This document shows, one piece after another, positions 18,238-28,049 of a stretch of 64,000 nt of DNA (position 1 is the first letter of the stretch; each line of letters starts with the position of its first letter). The stretch lies in contig REEM01000143.1 in the NCBI GenBank assembly GCA_007695055.1, positions 3,812 to 67,811 of the forward strand. The letters run 5' to 3'. The position numbers and the translations under genes are program-made. This DNA is from Spirochaetaceae bacterium. Its GTDB lineage: Bacteria > Spirochaetota > Spirochaetia > DSM-27196 > SLAA01. The notes under the pieces were generated by a model. The model did no database searches, was not told the DNA's origin, and worked only from the letters and a program-made list of their open reading frames with translations.

Positions 18238-21200
18238 ATGGAGTGCAAAGGAGCCGTTTTTGATCTGGATGGCGTGATTGCAGCAACCGACGAGCTGCAT
18301 TTCGCTGCTTGGAAACAGACCTTTGAAGAGGTGTTGCATAACCATTCGCGCCAGGGGCAGGTGCGTGAGTTCACCTACGATGAGGACTACAAGCCGCTTG
18401 TTGACGACAGACCCCGCTACCAGGGCGTCAAAGCCTTTCTCGAGTCACGGGACATTAACCTACCCTTTGGCTCCCCTTCCGATCCTCCCGAACACTCGAC
18501 TATCTGCGGAATTGGCAATAGAAAAAACATTACCTTCCGGAAACTCGTGCGTGATGAGGGAGTGAAACTCTACGACTCCACCTTGGCCTTTATCCACCTC
18601 CTCCATGAACGTGGGGTGAAGGTGGGAGTAGCCTCGTTTAGCAAGAATAGCCGCTACATACTCCAGGAGACCGGCCTATCCCACCTGTTTGAAGCAGTTG
18701 TGGAAGGTGTGGCGAGTTCCGAAATGGGGCTTGGGGCCAAGCCCAACCCCGACATCTATTTGCTTGCCGCCGAACGGCTTGGTCTGGATCCCTACGACTG
18801 CATAATGGTGGAGGACTCAGACTCAGGGGTTGAGGCTGGCAAGAACGGAAACTATGGTCTTGTTCTGGGCATAGCCCATACCGCCTCGGCTCAGAGTCTG
18901 TATTCGCGCGGCGCGGATATAGTCGTAGCCGACATGTCCGAGTTGTCCTTGGAAAACCTTGACATATGGTTTGCCGACACCCGACACAAAGAGGCGTGGT
19001 CGCTCAGGTACTACGGCTTCAACCCATCCGAGGAGCGACTACGAGAGGCCTTGACCACCGTCGGCAACGGGTATTTTGGTACCCGTGGAGCGTATGAAGG
19101 GGAAGGGATACGGGGAAACACGCACTACCCGGGCACCTACATTGCAGGGCTGTTCAACCGCTTAGGCTCCGAGGTCCACGGCAAGACAATTTACAACAAC
19201 GACTTCGTGAACTGCCCAAACTGGCTGGCAATTGAGCTGCGTGTAGAGAACGGTACACCACTGAGGCCCTTGGATTGTGAGATTCTTGACTACACGCAAC
19301 ACCTCGACATCCGCAATGCAGTGCTGCTCCGTGAACTCACCCTCCGTGACAGAGCTGGACATATCACGACAATTCGCAGTCGGAGAATAGCCAGCATGGA
19401 TCAGGTGCACATAGGTGCCATTGAGTACACCATAACCCCGCAAAACTACTCCGGCACGGTAACTTTGAGGTCACGTCTGGACGGTTCGGTGTTTAACTAC
19501 GGTGTACAGCGATATCGTGAGCTCAACAGCAAACACCTTGAGCCAATTGAGTCCGGCGAGGTAGCCGCTGCAAAGGTAGCCGCTCGCAAGGAGTCCGGAG
19601 ATGCCAGCGTGGATGCTGGGCAAGCGCCGGACAACCAGGTGTACCTGCATGTTCGAACCACTCAATCTCACATAAAGATCTGTATGAACTCTATATCGCG
19701 CTTCACTCATGACAATGAGCGGTTTTTTCCGGACAGGCAGGTCACCACCGAGCCGGGTCTGGTTACCGAGCTGTTCACTCTGGAGCTTGAGCAAGGCCAC
19801 AGCTACACCTACGAGAAGACGATGGGCCTGTTCACATCTGCCGCTTGGGACTCAGATGCCCCTGAGCAGGCCGCACGTGAAGTCATAGACGCTGTTGCGC
19901 CTTTTGAGCTGCTGCTGGAGCGCCATATAGCGGTCTGGACCGAGTACTGGAACCACGCCGACTTTGTGATTGAAGGTGACCGTTTTGCACAGAAGGCGAT
20001 ACGCCTGCATGCCTATCATCTGCTGACAACAGCCAACCCCAAGAGCACCTTTGTCGACTGGGGGCTTCCTGCGCGGGGCCTGCACGGCGAGGCGTACCGC
20101 GGACATATCTTCTGGGACGAGCTCTTCATTTCGCCGTTCTACAACCTGCATTTCCCGGTGGTGACCCGCAACCACCTTATGTACCGCTATCGTCGCCTCG
20201 AGGCGGCACGACGGATTGCTCAAGAGGAACAGTTCTCAGGCGCCTTGTATCCCTGGCAGTCGGCCGACGACGGGAGTAGAGACTCCCAAACACTGCACTA
20301 CAACCCGAACAGCGGTGAATGGGACCGCGACCTGACCTTTCTACAGCGGCATATCAATATCGCGGTTGCTTACAATATCTGGGAGTACTTCTACACCACA
20401 AATGATGAAGAGTTCATGAACAGCTACGGTTTAGAGATGCTCTTAGAGATTGCCCGCTTCTGGGCCGACATAGCCGAATTTGAGAAGCAGGATGGGCGCT
20501 ATCACATTCGCAAGGTTGTAGGGCCTGATGAGTTTCACACCCAGTACCCCGAAAGCGAGGACGGCGGTCTGGACGACAATGCATACACCAATATCATGAC
20601 CGCCTGGCTCCTGCACAAAACGGTAGCCACCTACAAACATCGACCTGAAGCTGTCCAACAGGACATGCGCACGCGGTTGAGCTTTGAAGAGCGTGAGCTG
20701 GAGTTGTGGGACGACATCGTCCATAAAATGTATGTTCCAATCCGCGAGGACGGTCTCATTGAGCAGTTTGCCGGATGGATGGATCTGGATGAGCTGAACT
20801 GGAACGAGTACCGCACAAAGTACGGCAATATCCGACGTCTGGACCGCATTCTCAAAGCAGAGGGAGTGTCACCCAACCGCTACAAGGCTATTAAACAGGC
20901 CGATGTTCTCCAGTGTTTCTCCATGCTGTCACCCGGACAGGTCAGCAACATACTAGGCCTCATGGGCTATGAAACCGGAGAGCCGCGACAGTTGCTCGAA
21001 ACGAACTACGACTACTATACCGCACGGACGAGTCATGGCAGCACCCTGAGTTACGTGGTGCACTCCTCAATATCGAACTATCTTGCAACGCATCGGCAAG
21101 ATAAGTGGAACTGGTTCCTGGAAGCCTTGAGGAGTGACATGTACGACACCCAGGGTGGCACTACCATGGAAGGCATTCACTGCGGGGTAATGGCTGGCAC

Positions 21201-21438
21201 CATTGAGATTCTCTTCAAGGGTTTCGCCGGGGTCAACCTGTACAAGGACAAGATCGAACTGAACCCACATCTACCAGGCTCCTGGCGCAAGCTTTCATTC
21301 AAAATTACGCATCGTGGCACTACCTTAGTCCTGGATATTCTACCAGACAAGATCTATGCGACTCGCTTGATTGACGGGCGAGAGGAACCCATGGGCTGCA
21401 CCGATGACGGAAGCTGCTACACGATCTCACTTCGTTGA
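18238..21438 (+). CDS. Beta-phosphoglucomutase (HAD) :: GH65 alpha-glucoside phosphorylase fusion protein
   Basis: Track ORF 18160..21438. ATG 18238 follows AAGGAG. The N-terminus GAVFDLDGVIAATDELHFAAWKQTF...VEDSDSGVEAG is beta-PGM-like. The remainder is GH65 (HGEAYRGHIFWDELFISPFY with the catalytic Glu context, YPWQSADDG). Confidence 0.8.
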   Translation: MECKGAVFDLDGVIAATDELHFAAWKQTFEEVLHNHSRQGQVREFTYDEDYKPLVDDRPRYQGVKAFLESRDINLPFGSPSDPPEHSTICGIGNRKNITFRKLVRDEGVKLYDSTLAFIHLLHERGVKVGVASFSKNSRYILQETGLSHLFEAVVEGVASSEMGLGAKPNPDIYLLAAERLGLDPYDCIMVEDSDSGVEAGKNGNYGLVLGIAHTASAQSLYSRGADIVVADMSELSLENLDIWFADTRHKEAWSLRYYGFNPSEERLREALTTVGNGYFGTRGAYEGEGIRGNTHYPGTYIAGLFNRLGSEVHGKTIYNNDFVNCPNWLAIELRVENGTPLRPLDCEILDYTQHLDIRNAVLLRELTLRDRAGHITTIRSRRIASMDQVHIGAIEYTITPQNYSGTVTLRSRLDGSVFNYGVQRYRELNSKHLEPIESGEVAAAKVAARKESGDASVDAGQAPDNQVYLHVRTTQSHIKICMNSISRFTHDNERFFPDRQVTTEPGLVTELFTLELEQGHSYTYEKTMGLFTSAAWDSDAPEQAAREVIDAVAPFELLLERHIAVWTEYWNHADFVIEGDRFAQKAIRLHAYHLLTTANPKSTFVDWGLPARGLHGEAYRGHIFWDELFISPFYNLHFPVVTRNHLMYRYRRLEAARRIAQEEQFSGALYPWQSADDGSRDSQTLHYNPNSGEWDRDLTFLQRHINIAVAYNIWEYFYTTNDEEFMNSYGLEMLLEIARFWADIAEFEKQDGRYHIRKVVGPDEFHTQYPESEDGGLDDNAYTNIMTAWLLHKTVATYKHRPEAVQQDMRTRLSFEERELELWDDIVHKMYVPIREDGLIEQFAGWMDLDELNWNEYRTKYGNIRRLDRILKAEGVSPNRYKAIKQADVLQCFSMLSPGQVSNILGLMGYETGEPRQLLETNYDYYTARTSHGSTLSYVVHSSISNYLATHRQDKWNWFLEALRSDMYDTQGGTTMEGIHCGVMAGTIEILFKGFAGVNLYKDKIELNPHLPGSWRKLSFKITHRGTTLVLDILPDKIYATRLIDGREEPMGCTDDGSCYTISLR

Positions 21439-21487
21439 CGCAACTCGGGTCTCATGCTAAGGATAGACGGAGCATAAGGAGACATCG

Positions 21488-22924
21488 ATGAGTGAACATC
21501 AGAAGAACAACCAAGACTCGGCGGCGGCCTCCCCATTGGCACTGCGTCGAGTTGTCACGACTCTATCCGAGGGCCAAGCAGGTGAATCATGCCGCATACA
21601 CGGTTGGATTCGCACCCGGCGCGAGGCCAAGAACGTGTACTTTGTTGAGATCAACGACGGTTCATGTCTCTCTAACCTGCAGGCAGTCATTAGCCTTGAA
21701 GATGGGCATGAGGCCATGCAGCTTGAGCGCCTGCATACCGGTGCGAGCATTGAACTTGAGGGTGAACTGGTTGAGAGTCCGGGCAAGGGTCAACGGGTTG
21801 AGCTTTCGGTGCGCTCCTTCACGGTCGTGGGCGAGGCTCCACCTGAGACATACCCGCTGCAGAAGAAACGCCACTCCTTTGAGTACCTGCGCGAGATTGC
21901 ACATCTTCGGCCACGAACCAACACCTTTGGCGCGGTGACTCGAGTTCGCAACGCTGCATCCATGGCGATACATTCGTTCTTTCAGGATGAAGGGTTTCTG
22001 TATCTGCACTCGCCCATTATTACGGCCAGCGATGCAGAGGGTGCTGGCGCACTCTTTCAGGTAACAACGCTCGATATTGCCAGGGCTGCGGCGTCGGGCG
22101 CCGAGATTGACTACACCAAGGACTTTTTTGGCAAGCCCTCCTATCTCACGGTGAGCGGTCAGCTCAATGCCGAGATCTTTGCCTGCGCTATGGAGCGCGT
22201 ATATACATTTGGCCCAACCTTCCGCGCCGAGCAGTCAAACACCACCCGGCACCTGGCCGAGTTCTGGATGGTCGAACCCGAGCTTGCATTCTGTGCACTG
22301 GAAGGCAACATGGAGCTTGCCGAGAACTTTCTCAAGAGCGTGATTGGTGCGGTTCTCCGCGACTGTGGCGAGGACATGGAGTTCTTTGATCTTCGAATTG
22401 AGAAGGGTCTCATTGAGGCTCTTGAGCGGCTGGTGAGTTCAAGTTTCACACACATGACCTACACCGATGCAGTAAAGGAGCTGGAGTCTTCTGGACGTGA
22501 CTTTGAGTACAAGGTCAGCTGGGGAGCCGACCTGCAGTCCGAACATGAAAAGTATCTGACCGAGGAGGTGGTGCGCGGGCCTATTATTGTCACCGACTAT
22601 CCCAAGGAAATTAAGGCCTTTTACATGAAGCTCAACGAGGATGAAAAAACGGTACGCGCTATGGATGTGCTGGTTCCGCGTTTGGGAGAGATCATTGGAG
22701 GAAGCCAGCGTGAGGAGCGGGGCGATGTACTTGAGCGCCGCATGCGCGAGTCGGATCTGGATCCGGCCGCATACTGGTGGTACCTGGATCTGCGACGTTT
22801 CGGTACGGTGCCGCATTCCGGTTTTGGTTTGGGCTTTGAACGCCTGCTGCAGTACGTGACCGGAATGCAGAATATTCGCGACGTAATTCCCTTCCCGCGC
22901 ACACCACGCTCGGCAGAGTTTTAA
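21488..22924 (+). CDS. asnS: Asparagine--tRNA ligase
   Basis: 478 aa. [21 protein letters not shown] and [29 protein letters not shown], class IIb AsnRS. Confidence 0.93.
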   Translation: MSEHQKNNQDSAAASPLALRRVVTTLSEGQAGESCRIHGWIRTRREAKNVYFVEINDGSCLSNLQAVISLEDGHEAMQLERLHTGASIELEGELVESPGKGQRVELSVRSFTVVGEAPPETYPLQKKRHSFEYLREIAHLRPRTNTFGAVTRVRNAASMAIHSFFQDEGFLYLHSPIITASDAEGAGALFQVTTLDIARAAASGAEIDYTKDFFGKPSYLTVSGQLNAEIFACAMERVYTFGPTFRAEQSNTTRHLAEFWMVEPELAFCALEGNMELAENFLKSVIGAVLRDCGEDMEFFDLRIEKGLIEALERLVSSSFTHMTYTDAVKELESSGRDFEYKVSWGADLQSEHEKYLTEEVVRGPIIVTDYPKEIKAFYMKLNEDEKTVRAMDVLVPRLGEIIGGSQREERGDVLERRMRESDLDPAAYWWYLDLRRFGTVPHSGFGLGFERLLQYVTGMQNIRDVIPFPRTPRSAEF

Positions 22925-22949
22925 AGGGAGACAGTGCCCCACTCCCACA

Positions 22950-23420
22950 TTATGCCCCGCCACCCTGCTTTGCGGTGGCGCGGGTAATCTCGCGGTCCAG
23001 AGCAGCAACAAAGGCGGCGGCATCTCGCTTGTCATAACGTTGCATGCGCTTGGGGGCAAGCCCCTGCTCCCGCATCTCTTCCTTGAAGTCCCGCATGGAA
23101 AGACGTTCGCGAACGTTTTCGGAGCTCCAGACCGTGCCTCTGTCGTTCAGCACAACAATGCCCTGCTCCACCAACTCAGCCGCCAAAGGAATATCGCGGG
23201 TCACGACTATATCGCCCGGCTGAACCTGTTCCTGAATGACCCTGTCACTTTGTTGATCACCCGGGGCAACTAACACACGCTGTATCTGGGGACTGTCAGC
23301 GGTACGAATTGGACGGTCAGCTACAAACACCGCGCGCACCCTTCCACGACATGCCGCGCGCTCCACAAACTCTCGCGCCTCGCGGACACAGTTGTCAGCG
23401 TCTATCCAAACCGTGATCAT
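22950..23420 (-). CDS. YaiI/YqxD family protein (UPF0178/DUF188)
   Basis: Track ORF 22950..23486. The conserved start MITVWIDADNCV is at 23420, overlapping the manA stop (ATGA). Confidence 0.75.
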   Translation of the reverse strand: MITVWIDADNCVREAREFVERAACRGRVRAVFVADRPIRTADSPQIQRVLVAPGDQQSDRVIQEQVQPGDIVVTRDIPLAAELVEQGIVVLNDRGTVWSSENVRERLSMRDFKEEMREQGLAPKRMQRYDKRDAAAFVAALDREITRATAKQGGGA

Positions 23421-24682
23421 GCCGGGGCCGTCCCGACGCAGGCGCGGAACACGGTTGCCGGGCCTGTGAGCACAAAGTCGGTACAAAAGGCTGGCACAAA
23501 AACCGCCTTGCCAGCCGGGACTTCAAGATCCTGAACGCAGGGTTGGTTTGCACTCCCGTTAGCGTCGGCCATTACCTTGACGCGTGCCGTTCCTTTCGTA
23601 CACAGCAGGATTTCCGGACCTGCGTTGGAGCGAGCGACGGTGAACGGACTCGCAGTGAGTTCCAGCCGAGAAAGAGCAAACTCCTCAAAGGAGGTGGGGA
23701 ACGCAAACGACGCTGCACCAGATAGAACGGGAGGCAGGTAGGGTTCAAAGCTCACGACGCGCCGCAATTCTTCACGGTCGACATACTTTGAGGTCAAGCC
23801 ACCCCGAAGTACATTGTTGGAGTTCGCCATAATCTCTACCCCTACCCCGTAGAGATAGGCATGAAGCACTCCCGCTGGCAAACATAAAGCAGCACCCGGG
23901 TCGAGGTGAAGGACGTTCAGATACAGCGGAGCAAGAACTCCCGGATCATTGGGATAGGCCAAGGCCAGACGCAGAATGGTTTGGTAACACAGGGCCCGCG
24001 CAGAGTCTTGCTCCTGACCGCCGATTCCGCGCTCGCCACTCTCGTCGGGGGCCACCCTTTGGACCGCATTGATAATGCTCTGCAACTGGGGGAGCGAAAG
24101 CGCCAAAACGTCGTCGAAAAGCCTCTCAACGCCGCCTGAAGCGAGCGCCGCAAGAAGCAGTCCGGCCTCAGCCTCAATAGGGGCAATCACATGCTCGAGG
24201 GCACCTGGATCGCGGAACCCGACCATGGCACCAAAGGGTGTGAGCGCAGCAACGAGCTCCGGCTTATGATTGCGGTCACGATAACTGCGATGCGGGGCTC
24301 CTTGCGGGATGCCCAGGCATTCTTCACGCGCAAAGCCAGCCTCGGCCTGATCCTTACTAGGGTGCGCCTGCAACGAGAGCGGCTGGCCAGCAGCAATGAC
24401 CTTGAGCAAAAAGGGCAACTCCGAGCCGAATCGCTCCACGACATCGGGGCCGAGACTCCTCTCTGGGTCTTGTTGCACAAACGAACGAAGGTCGTATTCC
24501 ACCGGAGCACCGGTTATGTCACACACCTGGGTAAGTCCGTCCGGATGCGTTCCGTACCACAGCTCCGCCATAGCTTCGCCGTTTGGATTGGGAATACCAA
24601 AGAGGCGTGGAATATCTGTCGGGGATCCCCAGTCGTAGCGTTGAATGGCGGGGGATAGGACTACTGGGCTGATTTGCTGCAT
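23417..24682 (-). CDS. manA: Mannose-6-phosphate isomerase, class I
   Basis: Motifs read: YDWGS, ELWYGTHPDG, LSLQAHPSKDQAE. The start is either ATG 24682 (MQQISPVVL, which matches the usual N-terminal spacing) or ATG 24724. Confidence 0.88.
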   Translation of the reverse strand: MQQISPVVLSPAIQRYDWGSPTDIPRLFGIPNPNGEAMAELWYGTHPDGLTQVCDITGAPVEYDLRSFVQQDPERSLGPDVVERFGSELPFLLKVIAAGQPLSLQAHPSKDQAEAGFAREECLGIPQGAPHRSYRDRNHKPELVAALTPFGAMVGFRDPGALEHVIAPIEAEAGLLLAALASGGVERLFDDVLALSLPQLQSIINAVQRVAPDESGERGIGGQEQDSARALCYQTILRLALAYPNDPGVLAPLYLNVLHLDPGAALCLPAGVLHAYLYGVGVEIMANSNNVLRGGLTSKYVDREELRRVVSFEPYLPPVLSGAASFAFPTSFEEFALSRLELTASPFTVARSNAGPEILLCTKGTARVKVMADANGSANQPCVQDLEVPAGKAVFVPAFCTDFVLTGPATVFRACVGTAPA

Positions 24683-24838
24683 ATGGAAACACAGTTTAGC
24701 GACCGCGAGCTCCTCCATCAACATGGAATGCGCAAGAACTTGATCTTTCTCCGGGGCACCACTACACTTGTCACACTACACTTGTAGACCGCAGATTCCG
24801 GTTAATTCGTAGATTCATAAATGAAATGGAGAAACACA

Positions 24839-26509
24839 ATGCAGATCTCGCCACTTCAAAAAGCACGAAATGAGTACCAGCCCAAAACTCCTTCAATACT
24901 CTCCCAGGCTCCCAACAAGGTGGCGCTCAAGTACAACGAGAACCCGTCAAGCAGCACCGTAAGTGCCGGTATTCAGGAACTTTTTCCGGCGATATTTGAT
25001 TCCAAACCGGTAGAGTTTGTTGCGGGTGACAACCCCTCGGCGAATACCGCTCGCAACGTAGCGGTAATTCTTTCTGGTGGACAGGCCCCAGGCGGACACA
25101 ACGTTATTGTTGGCATTCTTGATGGGCTAAAGGCCGCCAACAATGACTCTAAACTTTTTGGATTCCGCAACGGCCCGGGTGGAATCCTTGCCGACGACTG
25201 TGTGGAACTGAGTCCCGAGTTCGTAGCACCATTCCGCAACACTGGCGGATTTGACATGATCGGCTCCGGGCGCACCAAGCTCGAAAGCGAGGAACAGTTT
25301 CAAAAGACCGTAGAAGTATTTGAACGCCGCGGCATTTCGGCTTTGGTGGTTATCGGTGGCGATGACTCCAACACGAATGCTGGCCTGCTTGCCGAGTACC
25401 TGGCCGGTAGCGGTTCAAAGATTCAGGTAGTCGGAGTGCCCAAGACTATAGATGGAGATCTTAAGAACGAGCAGATTGAGGTATCATTTGGTTTCGACAC
25501 CGCCACTAAGACCTACTCTGAGCTCATTGGCAATATTGCACGCGACGCAAACTCCGCCAAGAAGTACTGGCATTTCATTCGACTCATGGGGCGTTCGGCT
25601 TCACACATCGCTCTAGAGTGCGCGTTGCAGACCCGTCCCAATATTTGTCTCATTGCTGAAGAAGTCGCTGAAAAAAGCCTCACGCTCGACGCTATTGTGG
25701 AGACCATTGTGTCCACCATTGTGAAGCGCTCCCAGCAGGGTAAGGACTACGGTCTTGTTCTGGTGCCGGAAGGACTTATTGAAGCCATCCCCGAGATGAA
25801 CACCCTTATTGGGGAGTTGAACACCCTCTTAGCCGAGGACGAAGACTACTTTGGTACGCTGACTACCTTTGAAGACCAGGCTGAATGGGTTAACCGCCGA
25901 CTTTCACGCGAGGCATCGTACGTTTTCTCAACCCTGCCAAGTGAAATACAGCGCCAACTACTTATGGACCGCGATCCCCACGGCAATGTTCAGGTCTCCC
26001 GCATAGAGACTGAAGAGCTCCTGGTCGACATGGTGAGCACTACCCTGCGTGAACGAAAAGCGCGAGGAGAGTTTGAAGGCAAGTTCACGAGTCTCACCCA
26101 CTTCTTTGGGTATGAAGGCCGTTGTGCCTTTCCTTCGAACTTTGACTCCGACTACTGCTACGCGCTTGGGCGGACGACCGCACTCCTTATTCAGAACGAC
26201 CTCACCGGCTACATTGCAACGGTACGGGGTCTTGCAGACGCGGCCTCGGCTTGGCGTCCTGGCGGCGCACCGCTTGCACAAATGATGAACCTTGAGCGTC
26301 GCCACGGAAAGGATAAGCCGGTCATTAAGAAGGCGTTGGTGGAAACATCAGGTGCGCCGTTCCGGGCCTTTGAGGATCACCGTGAGGTCTGGGCCAGGGA
26401 AACGGTATACCGTTACCCAGGGGCTGTGCAGTACTACGGGCCGACCGAGGTGTGCGACGCAACCAGCATCACTCTACAGCTCGAACAGGGTCGTTCGGTA
26501 GCGATATAG
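24839..26509 (+). CDS. pfp: Diphosphate--fructose-6-phosphate 1-phosphotransferase (PPi-dependent PFK)
   Basis: Track ORF 24821..26509. ATG 24839 follows GGAGA. Motifs read: ILSGGQAPGGHNVI, VIGGDDSNTNA, PKTIDGDL, MGRSASHIALECAL. It is the long (about 555 aa) PFP type. Confidence 0.9.
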   Translation: MQISPLQKARNEYQPKTPSILSQAPNKVALKYNENPSSSTVSAGIQELFPAIFDSKPVEFVAGDNPSANTARNVAVILSGGQAPGGHNVIVGILDGLKAANNDSKLFGFRNGPGGILADDCVELSPEFVAPFRNTGGFDMIGSGRTKLESEEQFQKTVEVFERRGISALVVIGGDDSNTNAGLLAEYLAGSGSKIQVVGVPKTIDGDLKNEQIEVSFGFDTATKTYSELIGNIARDANSAKKYWHFIRLMGRSASHIALECALQTRPNICLIAEEVAEKSLTLDAIVETIVSTIVKRSQQGKDYGLVLVPEGLIEAIPEMNTLIGELNTLLAEDEDYFGTLTTFEDQAEWVNRRLSREASYVFSTLPSEIQRQLLMDRDPHGNVQVSRIETEELLVDMVSTTLRERKARGEFEGKFTSLTHFFGYEGRCAFPSNFDSDYCYALGRTTALLIQNDLTGYIATVRGLADAASAWRPGGAPLAQMMNLERRHGKDKPVIKKALVETSGAPFRAFEDHREVWARETVYRYPGAVQYYGPTEVCDATSITLQLEQGRSVAI

Positions 26510-26561
26510 CAACGTAGCGGTAGAGCGGCTTATGGCCCCAGCGGCATAGCAATACGGAAAC

Positions 26562-28049
26562 TTAGACCTCTGGTAACCGGTCGCGGCCTCCGTGACCGGT
26601 CGCCCGGCCAATTGGCGTCGCGTTGCCAGAGCTGCCGTTGGCAAGGGAACGCAAACGATTCACAATATAGTACAGCCCAAGTGTGTCCACGGCGCAGTAC
26701 TCTACCAAGTTTTTTTCAAGCTCGCCTCTGTCCGTTTGCGTGGGGTGTCCCAGAACGGCATCCCGACGAGCCGCAAGATACTCCACTCCTGCCGACAACC
26801 CGTCGGCTACGTCCAGGCTCGTGTACCCTACTTGGTTTGTCATGAGCGGCAGTATCGATTTGAGCGAAACACGTCCCCGTTGCTTAGGTGAGTACCACCC
26901 AAACTCCCGAAAAAGCGGAAGCAGGTCGACAATTCGTTCGGCAAACGTCACACCAAGCATCTCATCCTCCAGGTATCCCGCCGCCAACAACGAGCGCATG
27001 ATGCGTTTTTCAAGCGATGCGTCAAACACAACAATGGAGTTGAGCCCCGCAATAGCGGCGCCGAGCTGCGAGGCAAGCTCTGCCCGCTCATCGAGCTCCG
27101 GCCTGCAGTAGAAGCTCGTGTGCCGGGCCGGTACCCCTATCTCGTCCTCGACATGCAGCGAGAAAAGAAAGGGAACATACTGCCAGGGGCTCGTTCCCGA
27201 ATAGAGTGGTACCGGGGACGCAATGGCCTCGAAATCAAGGTAGCCAACCGGATACCGCAGCCCCCCAACAAAGTTGCGAATAAGCACGCGGTCTATGTAG
27301 GGCTCGTTTCGAATAAGCGCTTCACGTTGAATGCTCTGCCGGCGACCGAGCTTGGCGCCCTCAGGGATATCTACGATCCTCTGAATGCCCTGCTCCATGA
27401 ACCGCTCGGCCGCTCCTGAGGACAGAAACAAGGTGAACACATTGTGCTCTGGGAGGTCGTAGCGTCGGCAACTACAGTTTGGCGATCCACACGATGGATA
27501 GTCGCCAAGCGCTGCATCCGACAAGCTCTCAAGGAGTGCCCGCACTGAGTCGAGTTCCTGATCCAGCTTGTCGAGCTCGCTTTCGGAAGCAAGGCTGAGC
27601 GGAACCGACCGGAACAGAAGATCGGGGTCCGGGTGTGCCGGATCTGCAACCCGGTACTCTTTCTCTACCAGGAGCACCACCACGGAGCTCAGGTTATAGC
27701 CTGAAATTCGCGCACATAAACTAAGAAGATGTGCTTCCTCGCGAAACCTGCCCTTAAGGCGTAGCGCCCCACGACACAACACCAGACGCATACCACCCGG
27801 CACCTGATCATCTGGCTCGAGAAAGTCAAGCACCGCCTGAATGCGTTTGTCACCTACAACAACATCGCGCAGACGCCCCGGCTGCTCCGCCGCGTCACAC
27901 GCAACAGCGCGTTGGAGTTCCTCGTAGGACCCGACTCGTCCGGTTCCAGGTTGTGAGGCTTCTATGGCCCAACGTCGTGGACATTTGCTTGCGACGAGAA
28001 ACTCGCGCGGGCTAAGCGGTCCGAGCACCGGGTGCCGAAATGAGTTCAT
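26562..28049 (-). CDS. DUF2779-like protein (predicted nuclease/exonuclease fold)
   Basis: Track ORF 26562..28097. RYPVGYLDFEAIASPVPLYSGTSPWQYVPFLFSLHVE matches the DUF2779 core as I remember it. The start is uncertain: every candidate (28097, 28079, 28049, GTG 28028) overlaps the ackA 3' end. Confidence 0.55.
   Translation of the reverse strand: MNSFRHPVLGPLSPREFLVASKCPRRWAIEASQPGTGRVGSYEELQRAVACDAAEQPGRLRDVVVGDKRIQAVLDFLEPDDQVPGGMRLVLCRGALRLKGRFREEAHLLSLCARISGYNLSSVVVLLVEKEYRVADPAHPDPDLLFRSVPLSLASESELDKLDQELDSVRALLESLSDAALGDYPSCGSPNCSCRRYDLPEHNVFTLFLSSGAAERFMEQGIQRIVDIPEGAKLGRRQSIQREALIRNEPYIDRVLIRNFVGGLRYPVGYLDFEAIASPVPLYSGTSPWQYVPFLFSLHVEDEIGVPARHTSFYCRPELDERAELASQLGAAIAGLNSIVVFDASLEKRIMRSLLAAGYLEDEMLGVTFAERIVDLLPLFREFGWYSPKQRGRVSLKSILPLMTNQVGYTSLDVADGLSAGVEYLAARRDAVLGHPTQTDRGELEKNLVEYCAVDTLGLYYIVNRLRSLANGSSGNATPIGRATGHGGRDRLPEV

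Noticed and set aside
22439-23059. 206-aa minus ORF spanning the asnS 3' end and the yaiI-like gene
   Set aside because: It overlaps two well-supported genes in other frames. It is a shadow ORF.
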